Shown: positions 19,942-30,774, numbered from the whole stretch's first letter. The stretch is 62,809 nucleotides of DNA, filler included, from Clostridia bacterium (GCA_030637025.1; 7 parts of 7 records of this genome joined end to end with filler, not necessarily neighbours in it), one strand, 5' to 3'. The notes: a model not told the origin generated them from the letters alone. A program made the numbers and translations.

Positions 19942-20769
19942 CTATGTCTTGCTTAATTTAACTATCACTTTACCTATATCTGAAGTAAAATATTGCATAT
20001 CTACATAATCAATTTTTTTATTTTTATTCTTCAAATCAAGTAAAACTTTCTCCAAATAAGTTAATTTCAAATTTATATCAGGGGAAGGGACTTTACCAAA
20101 AAAAACTTTTGTTCCGTCCCGCAATAAAAATATTATTTTACAAAAATCTTTGGGTACAACTTTTACTATTTCTCTACCGATTGGGCATTTAGACTCATTT
20201 TTCACTAATTGTAAAAAATCTATTGCTAATTTCTTTTTTTCTTCTTCTTTACCGGAAATTAAACCTATAATAAAGGGTATTTCCTTTTTTAAGTCTTTGC
20301 AATCAAAAAGTATTCCCGCCTTATCAATGCCTTTTAATTGACCGTTGATTTTACAATATCCAACCGGCGTTCTTTCAATAATTTCTAAGCAAAGCGTACC
20401 CGGTATTTTTCGTTTCATAATTACCGTTTCTACCGTTGGAACCCCATTTAAGTATTCTTTAATATTTTCTTTTGTTACCAAAAAAATGTTTTCTTTTTTT
20501 CTTAATTTTAAAGATTTCCTTATTTCAGATTCAGATAACATTTCATTGCCTTTAATTTCAACTTTTTTTAACTCGAAAAAAGAGGAAAAAAACAAAAAGT
20601 GATAAAGCTTAAATATTATAATTCCACCAATTAGCGAAGCAGAAATTAAATTTAAACTATGTTTACTAATCTCTTTAATTTTTTCCTTTCTCAGTTTTTT
20701 AAATTTATTTCTTACCCTGATTTTCTGTTTTTTTATACTTTTCATAAATTTCGTCCTCAGTAAAAACAC
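19942..20769 (-). CDS. ftsQ: Cell division protein FtsQ/DivIB
   Basis: Basic N-terminus, one TM, POTRA-like domain (IKGNEML...PGTLCLEIIER), YVDM end; between ddl and ftsA. Start uncertain. Confidence 0.85.
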   Translation of the reverse strand: MFLLRTKFMKSIKKQKIRVRNKFKKLRKEKIKEISKHSLNLISASLIGGIIIFKLYHFLFFSSFFELKKVEIKGNEMLSESEIRKSLKLRKKENIFLVTKENIKEYLNGVPTVETVIMKRKIPGTLCLEIIERTPVGYCKINGQLKGIDKAGILFDCKDLKKEIPFIIGLISGKEEEKKKLAIDFLQLVKNESKCPIGREIVKVVPKDFCKIIFLLRDGTKVFFGKVPSPDINLKLTYLEKVLLDLKNKNKKIDYVDMQYFTSDIGKVIVKLSKT

Positions 20770-20842
20770 TTTTTCCCGAATTCATTTTTATAAACTCTCA
20801 AAAAAAACAAAAATTACTATTTTTTATAAATTAATTTTATAA

Positions 20843-21769
20843 TTATTTTTCTTTAAGAGAAAGCTCTATAATCTTTAAAATTAATTGATTAAAACTAATT
20901 CCCGCAGCCTGCGCTGCTTCCGGGAAAAGACTGGTTGGTGTCATTCCCGGAATAGTATTTATTTCTAAAACATAAATTTCATTTTCCTTGTTCACCATCA
21001 TATCTACCCGTGCTGCTCCCTGGCAATTAAAAGCCGAATAGGCTTTTTTAGCATATTGTTGTGCTTGTTTATAAACAGTTTCATCCAGGGCCGCCGGTAA
21101 AATATGGGTAGACATCCCCGGAATATATTTTGCTTCATAATCGTAAAAATCCCCTTTAGGAATAATTTCTATAACCGGCAAAACTGTTTCACCCAGGACC
21201 CCTACTGATATTTCTTTTCCCTGAATATATTTTTCTATTATTACTTCAGAACCATATTGAAATGCTTTATTTAAAGCCGGATATATACTTTTCATATCTA
21301 AAACCTTAGTAATCCCTACAGCTGAACCCTCCATAGAGGGCTTTACTATCACAGGAAATTCTAAAAACAGTTCCTGCAGAAAATCTCCTTTCTTTACCAC
21401 TTTATACCCTGGTGAGGGAATATTATTAAATGAAAAAAAGCATTTGCTAAAAACTTTATTCATTGCTAACGCAGAACTTAAAACCCCCGAACCACTATAA
21501 GGTAATTCCATCAACTCCAAAATAGCCTGTATTGTTCCATCTTCCCCAAAAGTACCGTGTAAAGCAATGAAAACATAATCTATTTTTTCTTCTTCTAATT
21601 TTGCCATAAATTCTTTTTTATCTACATCTATAGTTAAAACATTCAATCCTTCTTCAACCAATGCCTTTTTTACTGCTTTTCCTGTTTCAAGAGAAACCTC
21701 TCTCTCTTGAGACCACCCACCCATTATTATTCCTATCCGTTTATCCTGAAAAAACTTTTTTGTATCCAC
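20843..21769 (-). CDS. ddl: D-alanine--D-alanine ligase
   Basis: GGWSQEREVS, LHGTFGEDG, EINTIPGMTPTS. Confidence 0.97.
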   Translation of the reverse strand: MDTKKFFQDKRIGIIMGGWSQEREVSLETGKAVKKALVEEGLNVLTIDVDKKEFMAKLEEEKIDYVFIALHGTFGEDGTIQAILELMELPYSGSGVLSSALAMNKVFSKCFFSFNNIPSPGYKVVKKGDFLQELFLEFPVIVKPSMEGSAVGITKVLDMKSIYPALNKAFQYGSEVIIEKYIQGKEISVGVLGETVLPVIEIIPKGDFYDYEAKYIPGMSTHILPAALDETVYKQAQQYAKKAYSAFNCQGAARVDMMVNKENEIYVLEINTIPGMTPTSLFPEAAQAAGISFNQLILKIIELSLKEK

Positions 21770-21781
21770 TTTTTCCTCTCA

Positions 21782-22711
21782 TTACCAAATCTCAATCTCC
21801 AATTGCAATCTTATTCCGAATATTTCATCTATTTTCTTTTTAATTTTTTTTATTAAAAATAAAATATCCTTTGCCTGTGCTCCCTTTAAATTAACAATAA
21901 AATTCGCATGTTTTGTAGAAATTTGTGCTTTTCCCTTTCTTTCCCCTTTCAATCCTGCCCGTTCAATTAATTCTCCAGCGGTTAATTGACTTTTATTGAG
22001 AGGATTTCGAAAAATACATCCTGCACTATGAGAATTCACCGGTTGAGTTTGAGCACGCCTTTGTAAGTTTGATTTAATTATTGACAGTATATCATTTTTA
22101 TTCCCCTTTTTCAATAATAATTTAGCTTTGAGAATTATATTATTTTTTAAAATATTATTATTTCGATAACCAAATACCAGATCCGGTTTTCGTAATAGAC
22201 TTATGTTTCCATTCTCGTTGAAAACCTCCAATTCTTCTACTAAATTTCCTATTTCTTGTTTTTGTATACCGGCATTCATCATTAAAGCCCCACCAACCGT
22301 GCCTGGAATACCAGCTAAAAACTCTACACCCTGCAAACAACAATCAACACATTTCTTAATTAAAACAGGTATCCTAACACCTGCTCCTACTATTAATTTT
22401 TCATCGACAACTTGTATTCTGTTAAATTCTCCTTCTAATTTTAAGAGGGCCCCGGAAATACCTTTATCTTTTACCAGAAGATTACTTCCCGCTCCAATAA
22501 CTCTGTAATCAATATTGTTTTTATTCAACAGGCAAATCAGGATTTTCAATTCTTCGACACTATTCACTTTTACTAAATAATCAACAGGGCCTCCAACACA
22601 GAAAGTAGTATAATTTTTTATTAACTCATTAAATCTTACTCTTTTTCCCGCAATTTTTTTAATTTCTCTTTCTATATCTAAATCTAATTTTTTTTTCTTA
22701 TTTGACAGCAT
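21782..22711 (-). CDS. murB: UDP-N-acetylenolpyruvoylglucosamine reductase
   Basis: GAGSNLL, GIPGTVGGALMMNAG, SAGCIFRNP, KHANF. Confidence 0.96.
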   Translation of the reverse strand: MLSNKKKKLDLDIEREIKKIAGKRVRFNELIKNYTTFCVGGPVDYLVKVNSVEELKILICLLNKNNIDYRVIGAGSNLLVKDKGISGALLKLEGEFNRIQVVDEKLIVGAGVRIPVLIKKCVDCCLQGVEFLAGIPGTVGGALMMNAGIQKQEIGNLVEELEVFNENGNISLLRKPDLVFGYRNNNILKNNIILKAKLLLKKGNKNDILSIIKSNLQRRAQTQPVNSHSAGCIFRNPLNKSQLTAGELIERAGLKGERKGKAQISTKHANFIVNLKGAQAKDILFLIKKIKKKIDEIFGIRLQLEIEIW

Positions 22712-22768
22712 TGTTAATTCTCTCTTTTCTTAAACAGGTATATTTATTCTCCTGTTTTTTTTATTGAT

Positions 22769-24148
22769 TTATAATTTAATTTTTTTAAACTGTTCTAATA
22801 AACACCTACCTGTCTTCCAAACATCCCCCGCACCTAAAGTAATTACTATATCCCGGGGACGTAAAAGATTAGTAAGATTTACCTGAAAAGCATCATTCAA
22901 GGGAAAATACTGAATATCTTTCCCATGTTTTTTAATATTCTTTAAAATCAACTGCGAAGTTATTCCGGGTATAGGTTTTTCCCCTGCCGGATAAATATCC
23001 AGTATTTTCACTATATCAGCATCCTTAAAACATTCTCCGAATTTCTGATAAAGGTCACGGGTACGAGTATAGCGATGAGGCTGAAAAACAACTACCAATC
23101 TCCGATGAGGCCATATTTTCTTAATTGTTTCCAAGGTAAATTGTATTGCTGTAGGATGATGTGCATAATCGTCAATAACCAAAAAACCGTTTTCTTCTCC
23201 AACAATTTCCATTCTTCTTTTTACCCCTTTAAAATCTCCCAATGCTTCCTTAATACAAGAAAAATCAATACCTAATTCCAGACCACATACAATACTGGCA
23301 AGAGCGTTACTTACATTATGCATTCCCAAAACACCAATTTTTACTCTACCTAATTTTTCTCCTTTTTGCTCTACATCAAATTCACATCCAACTTCTCCGA
23401 ACTTAATATTCCCGGCAAAAAAATCAGCAGGGGTTTCTACCCCATAGGTAAAATATTTTCTATCAATCTGTTCATAAATATCCCTTAAATTTTTGTTATC
23501 ATTACATAAAATAGCACACCCATAAAAAGGCACTTTATTTATAAACTGGACAAATGCTTTTTGTATATTTTCCATATTACCATAATAATCAAGATGGTCA
23601 TTATCAATGTTGGTAATCACTGCAATAGTAGGAGTCAATTTCAAAAAAGAACCATCGCTTTCATCTGCTTCCGCCACTAAATAATCCCCCTTACCCAGTT
23701 TCGCGCCTCCTCCAATATTATTAAATCGTCCCCCAACCACTACCGTAGGATCAAACCCTCCCTGGGCTAAGACCCATGCAGTCATAGAAGTAGTAGTAGT
23801 TTTTCCATGTGTTCCCGCAATTGCTACTGCATATTTTAAACGCATTAATTCAGCCAGCATTTCTGCCCGACGGATAACCGGAATGTTTTTCGTTTTTGCT
23901 TCCTGTATTTCAATATTATTACGGTCAATAGCAGTAGAGGAAACCACTACATGAACATCATTTATATTCTCCCTGCGGTGTCCAATAAAAATATTTCCAC
24001 CCATTTTTGCCAATCTCTGAGTAACTTCTGTTTCTTTTAAATCCGAACCGGAAACCCTATATCCCATATTTATTAATATTTCGGCAATCCCATTCATTCC
24101 TGATCCGCCAATACCAACAAAATGAATATGTTTAATTTTTTTAAACAT
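22769..24148 (-). CDS. murC: UDP-N-acetylmuramate--L-alanine ligase
   Basis: GIGGSGM, GTHGKTTTT, EADESD, DDYAHHP, FQPHRYTR. Confidence 0.98.
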   Translation of the reverse strand: MFKKIKHIHFVGIGGSGMNGIAEILINMGYRVSGSDLKETEVTQRLAKMGGNIFIGHRRENINDVHVVVSSTAIDRNNIEIQEAKTKNIPVIRRAEMLAELMRLKYAVAIAGTHGKTTTTSMTAWVLAQGGFDPTVVVGGRFNNIGGGAKLGKGDYLVAEADESDGSFLKLTPTIAVITNIDNDHLDYYGNMENIQKAFVQFINKVPFYGCAILCNDNKNLRDIYEQIDRKYFTYGVETPADFFAGNIKFGEVGCEFDVEQKGEKLGRVKIGVLGMHNVSNALASIVCGLELGIDFSCIKEALGDFKGVKRRMEIVGEENGFLVIDDYAHHPTAIQFTLETIKKIWPHRRLVVVFQPHRYTRTRDLYQKFGECFKDADIVKILDIYPAGEKPIPGITSQLILKNIKKHGKDIQYFPLNDAFQVNLTNLLRPRDIVITLGAGDVWKTGRCLLEQFKKIKL

Positions 24149-24246
24149 TACACCCCCTTCAAATAAATAATCAATCCTTAAAACTAAATTTTAAACAAAA
24201 GAAAAATAAGTTTTGAACATTCTAATTTGGAATTTTTAATTTTACT

Positions 24247-24306
24247 GCCTGTCCACCCACAAGGTGGATCTGCTACGCCTCAGTCGCTTGTCCGCCTCTG
24301 GAGGAA
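24247..24306. repeat. Cluster of small REP-like palindromes between murG and murC
   Basis: TCCACC-CACAA-GGTGGA and TCCGCCTCTGGAGGA, related to TCCGCCTCAGGCGGA near 7594. Confidence 0.45.
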
Positions 24307-24433
24307 ATTAGGCTAATTTAGATGATATGATAAAGTGTCAAGCTTTCCCTGAAAGATAATATACTACCTTTCAACGAAATTACTAAAAAGGGGGAAAGCA
24401 TAACAACAAATCATTTATCAACAATATTTCATA

Positions 24434-25516
24434 TTATACTAAAGATTCAATCACTTTCATAACCCTATTTGTTGCATCCGGGTTACATATTTTTTTACAG
24501 GCGGAAGATAATTCTTTTAATTTTTCTTTATGTAAAAATAAATCCAAAACAACATTAACCAAAACAGAACTATCTAATTCTGATTCTTTGATTAAAATAG
24601 CCGCACCCCTTGAACTGAGATAGCGGGCATTTATTAGTTGATGTTTTGCCGTAGCATGAGGATAAGGAATTAATATACTGGGTTTAGCTTGTGCTATTAT
24701 TTCAGAAATAGTAACCGCTCCGGATCTGGAAATAATTAAATCAGCTAAAACATAAGCATCAGCTATATTTTCCATATAAGGAGTAACATAGGCACAAAGA
24801 CCTCCTGCTCGATACCCTTTTTCTACTGCATCAAAATCTTTCCACCCGGTAAGATGAATAAATTGTATCTTTTCTTTCCAATCTTGTAATAATTCCAACA
24901 TTCCTATAGTAAGTAAATTAATCGCATGCGCACCTAAACTACCCCCAAAGATGAAAACAGAAAATTTATCAGGGCTTAAACGTAAACGGCCAAAGGCCTT
25001 GTCTCTATCTGCTAATAATATTTCCCGCCGTACCGGTACTCCCGTATAAATTACATTCTTAGACGAAAAAAATTTAATAGAATCCTTAAAACCTATTACT
25101 ACTTTATTAGCTATTTTAGATAAAAAACGATTAGCCAGGCCCACCACCACATTGGGCTCATGAATAACAACGGGTATTTTATAAACCTTAGCCGCTAAAA
25201 TTACCGGTGGACAAACATATCCCCCTATTCCTATGATTAAATGAGGACGATTCCCGGTTAATATTTTTATTGCTTGAAAAAACCCATAAATTAATTTAAA
25301 AATAAAAGCAAAAAAGTCTAAAGAAATTTTTCTGGGCATCCCTATAGTAGAAATTGGAGAAAATTTAAATCCTGCCTTTTTGATAATTTCTTCAACCTGT
25401 TTTTTGTCAGGGCCGACAAAAACAACCTCCCAGGATTTTTCAACTAAACGGGCAGCTATAGCAATCCCCGGATAAATATGTCCCCCTGTTCCTCCGGTCA
25501 CAATTAAAATCCGCAT
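24434..25516 (-). CDS. murG: Lipid II GlcNAc transferase MurG
   Basis: GGTGGHIYP, HEPN, GGSLGA, RSGA. Confidence 0.97.
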   Translation of the reverse strand: MRILIVTGGTGGHIYPGIAIAARLVEKSWEVVFVGPDKKQVEEIIKKAGFKFSPISTIGMPRKISLDFFAFIFKLIYGFFQAIKILTGNRPHLIIGIGGYVCPPVILAAKVYKIPVVIHEPNVVVGLANRFLSKIANKVVIGFKDSIKFFSSKNVIYTGVPVRREILLADRDKAFGRLRLSPDKFSVFIFGGSLGAHAINLLTIGMLELLQDWKEKIQFIHLTGWKDFDAVEKGYRAGGLCAYVTPYMENIADAYVLADLIISRSGAVTISEIIAQAKPSILIPYPHATAKHQLINARYLSSRGAAILIKESELDSSVLVNVVLDLFLHKEKLKELSSACKKICNPDATNRVMKVIESLV

Positions 25517-25562
25517 AGATTTCCTCTAAATATTAATCTGATTGAAACAAATCAACTAATTT

Positions 25563-26657
25563 TTAATACTTTGTCTGTCGGGAAATATTTAATAAAATAC
25601 CTACTCCGATTAAATTAAATATTAAAGAAGAACCACCAAAAGACAAAAAAGGTAAGGGTAATCCTTTGGTCGGCAAACAAGCAGTTACTACTGCAATATT
25701 AAGTATCGCCTGAAAAGTAATTAAAAAAGTAATCCCCGCTGCCAGTAAACAACCAAAAAGATTTGGTGCTTTCAGGGAAATTTTCCTCCCTTGCCAGGCA
25801 AAAACAATAAAAACAAATATTATTATTAATGTTCCCAATAATCCCCATTCCTCTCCGATAATGGGAAAAATAAAATCCGTATGAGGCTCAGGCAAATGAA
25901 ATAATTTCTGCTGTGAATTTCCCAACCCCCGGCCAAATAATCCCCCTGCACCAAAGGCTAAAAGTGATTGAATAATCTGATACCCTTTGCTCTGAGGATC
26001 TGCCCAGGGATTAAGAAAACTTAAAATCCTTCTTTTCCGATAAGCAGCCTTAATAATAAAAATAAACAAAAAAGGTATCATTCCCAAACCAAGATAAGAA
26101 AAATGAAGCAACTTTATCCCCCCCATAAAAAACATAATAAATCCTACCCCGGCTAAAATAATTGCTCCACCAAAATCAGGTTCCAATAAAATTAAAACAC
26201 AAAAAACACCTAAAACAATCAATTGAGGCAACACCCCAACCTTAAAGTCTTTTATTTTCCCTCTTTTTTTGTCTAAAGAACGGGCAAGATAAATTATCAT
26301 TGCTATTTTAGCCAATTCCGAAGGTTGAAAATTTAGAAACCCTACCCTCAACCAACGACGGGCTCCACTTATCTGTTTACCAAAAATTAATACACCTACT
26401 AAAAGAAAAAAAGCAGTAATCAGTATCGATGGGGACAACCTCTGCCAGAGATTATAATCTATTTTACTTACCGCAATCATTATAAATAATCCCATAGTAG
26501 CCCAAAGAAACTGCTTTTTAAGAAAGAGAGTGCTATCCCCAAACCTTCTTTCCGCCATTATAGCACTGGCATTATAAATCATTATTACGCCAAAAACTAC
26601 CAAACCGCAAGTAATAAGAAATAATACTTTATTGGGAGCATGCCAATATTTTCTCAT
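25563..26657 (-). CDS. ftsW: SEDS peptidoglycan glycosyltransferase FtsW
   Basis: GARRW, FQPSELAK, LPEPHTDFIF, PFLSFGGSS. Confidence 0.96.
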   Translation of the reverse strand: MRKYWHAPNKVLFLITCGLVVFGVIMIYNASAIMAERRFGDSTLFLKKQFLWATMGLFIMIAVSKIDYNLWQRLSPSILITAFFLLVGVLIFGKQISGARRWLRVGFLNFQPSELAKIAMIIYLARSLDKKRGKIKDFKVGVLPQLIVLGVFCVLILLEPDFGGAIILAGVGFIMFFMGGIKLLHFSYLGLGMIPFLFIFIIKAAYRKRRILSFLNPWADPQSKGYQIIQSLLAFGAGGLFGRGLGNSQQKLFHLPEPHTDFIFPIIGEEWGLLGTLIIIFVFIVFAWQGRKISLKAPNLFGCLLAAGITFLITFQAILNIAVVTACLPTKGLPLPFLSFGGSSLIFNLIGVGILLNISRQTKY

Positions 26658-28033
26658 ATTTTTATTTTTCCAACCTCAGATTTAAAAAATTGTCCTCTTT
26701 CCCTAAAATTTTTAAATTGGTCATAACTAGAACAACCTGGGGAAAAAAGAACTATACTCTCTCTACTAGAATTTTTATAAGCTACTTCTACTGCCTGTCT
26801 AACTCCGGGAACTTTTATTATTTTAGTGGTTCCGGATAATTGTTCCATTATTAAATCACTTGCCTCGCCTAAAACAATTAATAATTTTATTTTTTCTTTT
26901 ATTAATTTTTTTAATGGAAAATAACCGTTTCCTTTATCTTTTCCTCCCATAATCAAAACCATTCCGGAAGAAAAGCTTTTTATCGCTACTAAAGTTGAAA
27001 AAACATTTGTCGATTTAGAATCATTTATAAATTTTATCGCGTTTATTTCTCTTACAAATTCTAAACGATGTTCCAGTCCATAAAAATTTTCCAATACTTC
27101 TGCTATTATTTCCGGATTTATCCCTGCCACTATGGCTGACGCGGAAACAGCCAACACATTCTCCAAATTATGCGGCCCCGGGAGTTTAATATTGGAAACG
27201 CATAAGGGTAAGTAATCATAAAAAATACTGTTCAATCCAAGAAAAATCTTTTCTTCTTTTATAAAGACTCCTTTTTTTAATTGCTTTTGGCGACTAAAGA
27301 AAATAATTTGTGATTTTATTCTTTTGGCAATTTCTGCACAATAGCGGTCATCGGCATTTAAGATACAAAAATCACGCGCAGTTTGGTTTTTAAATAAATC
27401 CGCTTTAATGCCGGCATACACATCCATGTTTTTATGACGCTCTAAATGGTCAGGGGTTATATTTAAAATAATACCGATATCCGGTTTAAAAGTTTTTATC
27501 CTTTCTAATTGAAAACTGCTTATCTCTAAAACTAAAACTGTATTTTTGTTTACCTTATTTACTAAATCGGAAAATGGAGTTCCTATATTACCTCCGACTA
27601 AAACATCCTTTCCCGCTTTTTTAAATATTTCACCTATTAACGTTGTCACAGTGCTTTTGCCATTGGTTCCGGTAATGGCAATTATCAACTTTGGATTTAC
27701 TAAAGAAAAAGCTATTTCTATCTCACTTAAAAGAGGAATATTTTTTTTACCGGCTTCCTCTATGAGAGAAAAATTTGTATCTATCCCCGGACTGGGAATA
27801 ATCAAATCTGCATTTAAAATATTTTTACTATGTCCCCCTGTTTCTATCTTTATCCCGGGAGAAATTTTATTTATATTATTCTTTAACGTGTTTTTATCCT
27901 TTACATCGCTAATTAATACTTTGGCCCCTAAACTATCTAACAAATTAGCACATGCTATTCCACTCTTTCCTATACCTAATATGGATATTTTTTTATCTTT
28001 ATAATTAACCAAAAAAAACTCCTCTTTGTTCAA
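26654..28033 (-). CDS. murD: UDP-MurNAc-L-Ala--D-glutamate ligase
   Basis: GTNGKSTV, EISSFQL, DHLERH, NDSKSTN, SPGCSSYDQF. Confidence 0.97.
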   Translation of the reverse strand: MNKEEFFLVNYKDKKISILGIGKSGIACANLLDSLGAKVLISDVKDKNTLKNNINKISPGIKIETGGHSKNILNADLIIPSPGIDTNFSLIEEAGKKNIPLLSEIEIAFSLVNPKLIIAITGTNGKSTVTTLIGEIFKKAGKDVLVGGNIGTPFSDLVNKVNKNTVLVLEISSFQLERIKTFKPDIGIILNITPDHLERHKNMDVYAGIKADLFKNQTARDFCILNADDRYCAEIAKRIKSQIIFFSRQKQLKKGVFIKEEKIFLGLNSIFYDYLPLCVSNIKLPGPHNLENVLAVSASAIVAGINPEIIAEVLENFYGLEHRLEFVREINAIKFINDSKSTNVFSTLVAIKSFSSGMVLIMGGKDKGNGYFPLKKLIKEKIKLLIVLGEASDLIMEQLSGTTKIIKVPGVRQAVEVAYKNSSRESIVLFSPGCSSYDQFKNFRERGQFFKSEVGKIKI

Positions 28034-28141
28034 AATATTTTTTAATTGAGTAATTATACCACACTAAATAATAAAATGCAAAAAGGAATTTCAGAATATG
28101 TATTTCTGTTTTTGGTTTTTTATAAATAGAATAAATTAAAT

Positions 28142-28504
28142 TTATTTGGAAGGAAAGAAAGGACATTTTGCGTTTTTACAATTTTTACAAACAAACAACC
28201 TGACTTCAAGAATTGCTATAATAAATACTGACCAAAAAACAATCAAAAAAAATTTATTTTTCCATAACCAAAACTGAGGAAATACAAGCAAAACAGTTAA
28301 AGATATTATTAATGCCGAAATATCTTTATAAGAATAATTATCCGGTTTTCGGGCAGGAATAAATTTTGTTATTTTACCCGGGAAAAAATGTGAACAAGAA
28401 TCTAATTTACAATCACACTTAGAGCAAAAAGAATAAATTATTATAGTAAAAAAAATAAGACCCAGAGCAATATATAATAATCCCCAGAAAAAAGATTCTT
28501 TTAA
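28142..28504 (-). pseudogene. 5'-truncated Cys-rich membrane protein gene (no start codon; missed by the ORF track)
   Basis: 120 open codons: LKESFFWGLLY...FCSKCDCKLDSCSHFFPG...FVCKNCKNAKCPF, with about 3 TM segments; begins in frame immediately after the stop of 28505-29011. Confidence 0.7.
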
Positions 28505-29011
28505 TTATCTTCCTAAATAGGAATCCATAACTTTCCAGGAAATTTTACCCCGCCTGGAAACTTTGTATTTCAATAACATTTGTCCGCTAATATGTCCATC
28601 ATCAATCGAGGCATAAACCCATCTGGAGGTTAAAACATGTATATCGGTTTCAGGATAAAATTTCATTGTACCTCCTGAAATGCCTTTATAAGGTATCAAT
28701 TCCCTATGTTTTATCAAATCAGCAATTATATCTTTGTGCGGATCTTTTAATCCTTTTTTCTTTAACCGTTCTGTTTCCCATTTACATAACTGTGGCTGAC
28801 AATTTAATAACTTCTCTTTCTGTATTAATAAATCTCCCATGTCCTCAATTTCTTCAACTAATTCTTTTTCCCGATGTTTAATTTCAATTACTTTGTTTTT
28901 ATTGCCGGCATTATTAAGCAACACAAAGAAAAGTAAAAACATAAAAACAATAACCAGACTAATCCAGTAAAATCGTTCTTTATAAAATCTACTAGAGGTA
29001 AATGTTATCAT
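28505..29011 (-). CDS. Hypothetical membrane-anchored protein
   Basis: AGGAGG RBS, N-terminal TM, coiled coil, then GGTM.F...WVYA..DDGH..G.MLL.Y domain. Confidence 0.8.
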   Translation of the reverse strand: MITFTSSRFYKERFYWISLVIVFMFLLFFVLLNNAGNKNKVIEIKHREKELVEEIEDMGDLLIQKEKLLNCQPQLCKWETERLKKKGLKDPHKDIIADLIKHRELIPYKGISGGTMKFYPETDIHVLTSRWVYASIDDGHISGQMLLKYKVSRRGKISWKVMDSYLGR

Positions 29012-29243
29012 TTAGTTCCTCCTTTTCCTGTATCATTTCAAACTATAATCTTAATTATAATAAATATTCTATGTTTTTTAAAGGCAAATAAATTTTATAT
29101 TGACACTTTGTTTTGGTTTTAGGCAAAAGTCGAACAAGGAAGACATATTTTTTTTGAAATAGATAATTTTTTAGATTGATTAGAAAGGAACATAAAAAAT
29201 GGTTTTTTCGTAAATAATGTGGAGAAATAGTATCTGAATCTTA

Positions 29244-29540
29244 TTATTTCCAGTTTTTATTCCATAACGATTCAGTTTCAGGATCAAGCAGTTTATTCCT
29301 GAATTCGTTTTTATTCATTATGACATTAATCATTGTTTTATAATCTTTATACGAATTATCTTTTGCCTTTTTAACTTTTAAGACACCAAAAATAGTCCTT
29401 TCCTCATTCCTGAAATAAATCTCAAAAGGGCGTTCATCATAATCAATTTGTTCATCAATAAAATCGTGCCGGACAAAATACCAGCGATTTCCATTTTTAT
29501 CCAAACGTTTATGTTTATCATATGTCCACATTTCTTTCAT
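29244..29540 (-). CDS. Hypothetical protein
   Basis: 98-aa ORF co-oriented with neighbours; no recognised motif. Confidence 0.65.
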   Translation of the reverse strand: MKEMWTYDKHKRLDKNGNRWYFVRHDFIDEQIDYDERPFEIYFRNEERTIFGVLKVKKAKDNSYKDYKTMINVIMNKNEFRNKLLDPETESLWNKNWK

Positions 29541-29650
29541 TTTCTATCCATACGGATCAAATATCCGGAATCTTTAAGTGCATCAATAATTTCAACTGTA
29601 TTCCTTCTTTTGACCTTTTAAATAAAATTTTGTTCGAACTATATAAAAAA

Positions 29651-30193
29651 TTATTTCACTGCAACAAAAATTGAACCTATAGATAAAATTATTGAAAATA
29701 ATGTTCTAAGGCTAAAGAATCGCGTAAGTAATAATCTTACGACAAGAAATATGGTAAAAAATATAACACCGAATCCTTGTACAACAATCAGAAAATATTT
29801 AATCGAACTAACTTGCATACCAAGGAAAATAATCCAGAGAATACCGGCAATAGCAGTAATGTTAAGCAATGTTTCCAGATAAATCTCTTTAAAAATGAAT
29901 GGATTATGTTCTACCCCTTCATCCAATTCAACCCCTCCCAAAGGGAAATACGTCTTTCTGATATGCAAAGTAATCCCTAAAATTAATAATATTTCAAATA
30001 GAATTAATGTAACTATTGTAGCAAAACCGGCTAAAGATTGTGAGATTATTCCCCCTTCAACAAGTAAAATGCCCACTATTACCATCGGTATCCACACAAA
30101 AACTTGTAAAATAACAAACAGGACGGAAATATACATGCTCATTGCCGCAACTTGACCGACAATATAATCCGATGTGTTTTTATTGTTTATCAT
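29651..30193 (-). CDS. Hypothetical membrane protein
   Basis: About 5 hydrophobic segments; AAGGTG RBS. Confidence 0.7.
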   Translation of the reverse strand: MINNKNTSDYIVGQVAAMSMYISVLFVILQVFVWIPMVIVGILLVEGGIISQSLAGFATIVTLILFEILLILGITLHIRKTYFPLGGVELDEGVEHNPFIFKEIYLETLLNITAIAGILWIIFLGMQVSSIKYFLIVVQGFGVIFFTIFLVVRLLLTRFFSLRTLFSIILSIGSIFVAVK

Positions 30194-30237
30194 CTTTACA
30201 CCTTATTTTATAAATTAGTTCCCTTTTTTTAAACTTA

Positions 30238-30774
30238 TCATCTTTTCCATTCAACTAAAAGCCACAAATAAAAAGTACACATCACCAATGTCATTATTAC
30301 CAAAGTAAATATCAAAGGAAGTATTACGCATAATTTAGTTAAAAAATACATCAATAGCATCAAAAACATTATTTCCCAAAAAAACAATGATTTGTCTATA
30401 ATACTTTCTTTTCCTAAATAAAAGCGAACAACCCTTTTTATAACCATTTTATCTAAAAAATTTAGATTTGAAAATTTAACCCCATAGGTAGAAAGATACG
30501 GATTTCTTTTTTTCCATAAAACTGTACCAATTACTTTTTGAGCTGAACGTTGACTATGGAGAGTAAATATCAGATAACATTTTTCCTGTCTTTTAAAATC
30601 AACTCCGCTTTCAAAACAAATTCCCCCTTGAGAAATATTAACAATTTTAGCATGCGCATCCCGACGAAAATTACGGTCAGAAGCATTTGAAACCGCTACT
30701 TTTAAGTTTAGTTTTATTCGCGGATATTTACGATTTTCTATCCCCAAAAGGCCTCCCTTTCTAAGTGTCAACAC
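30238..30774 (-). CDS. PilZ-domain protein with C-terminal TM segments
   Basis: RKYPR (RxxxR) and NISQGG motifs, YGVKF; true start probably TTG near 30747 after GGGAGG. Confidence 0.85.
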   Translation of the reverse strand: MLTLRKGGLLGIENRKYPRIKLNLKVAVSNASDRNFRRDAHAKIVNISQGGICFESGVDFKRQEKCYLIFTLHSQRSAQKVIGTVLWKKRNPYLSTYGVKFSNLNFLDKMVIKRVVRFYLGKESIIDKSLFFWEIMFLMLLMYFLTKLCVILPLIFTLVIMTLVMCTFYLWLLVEWKR

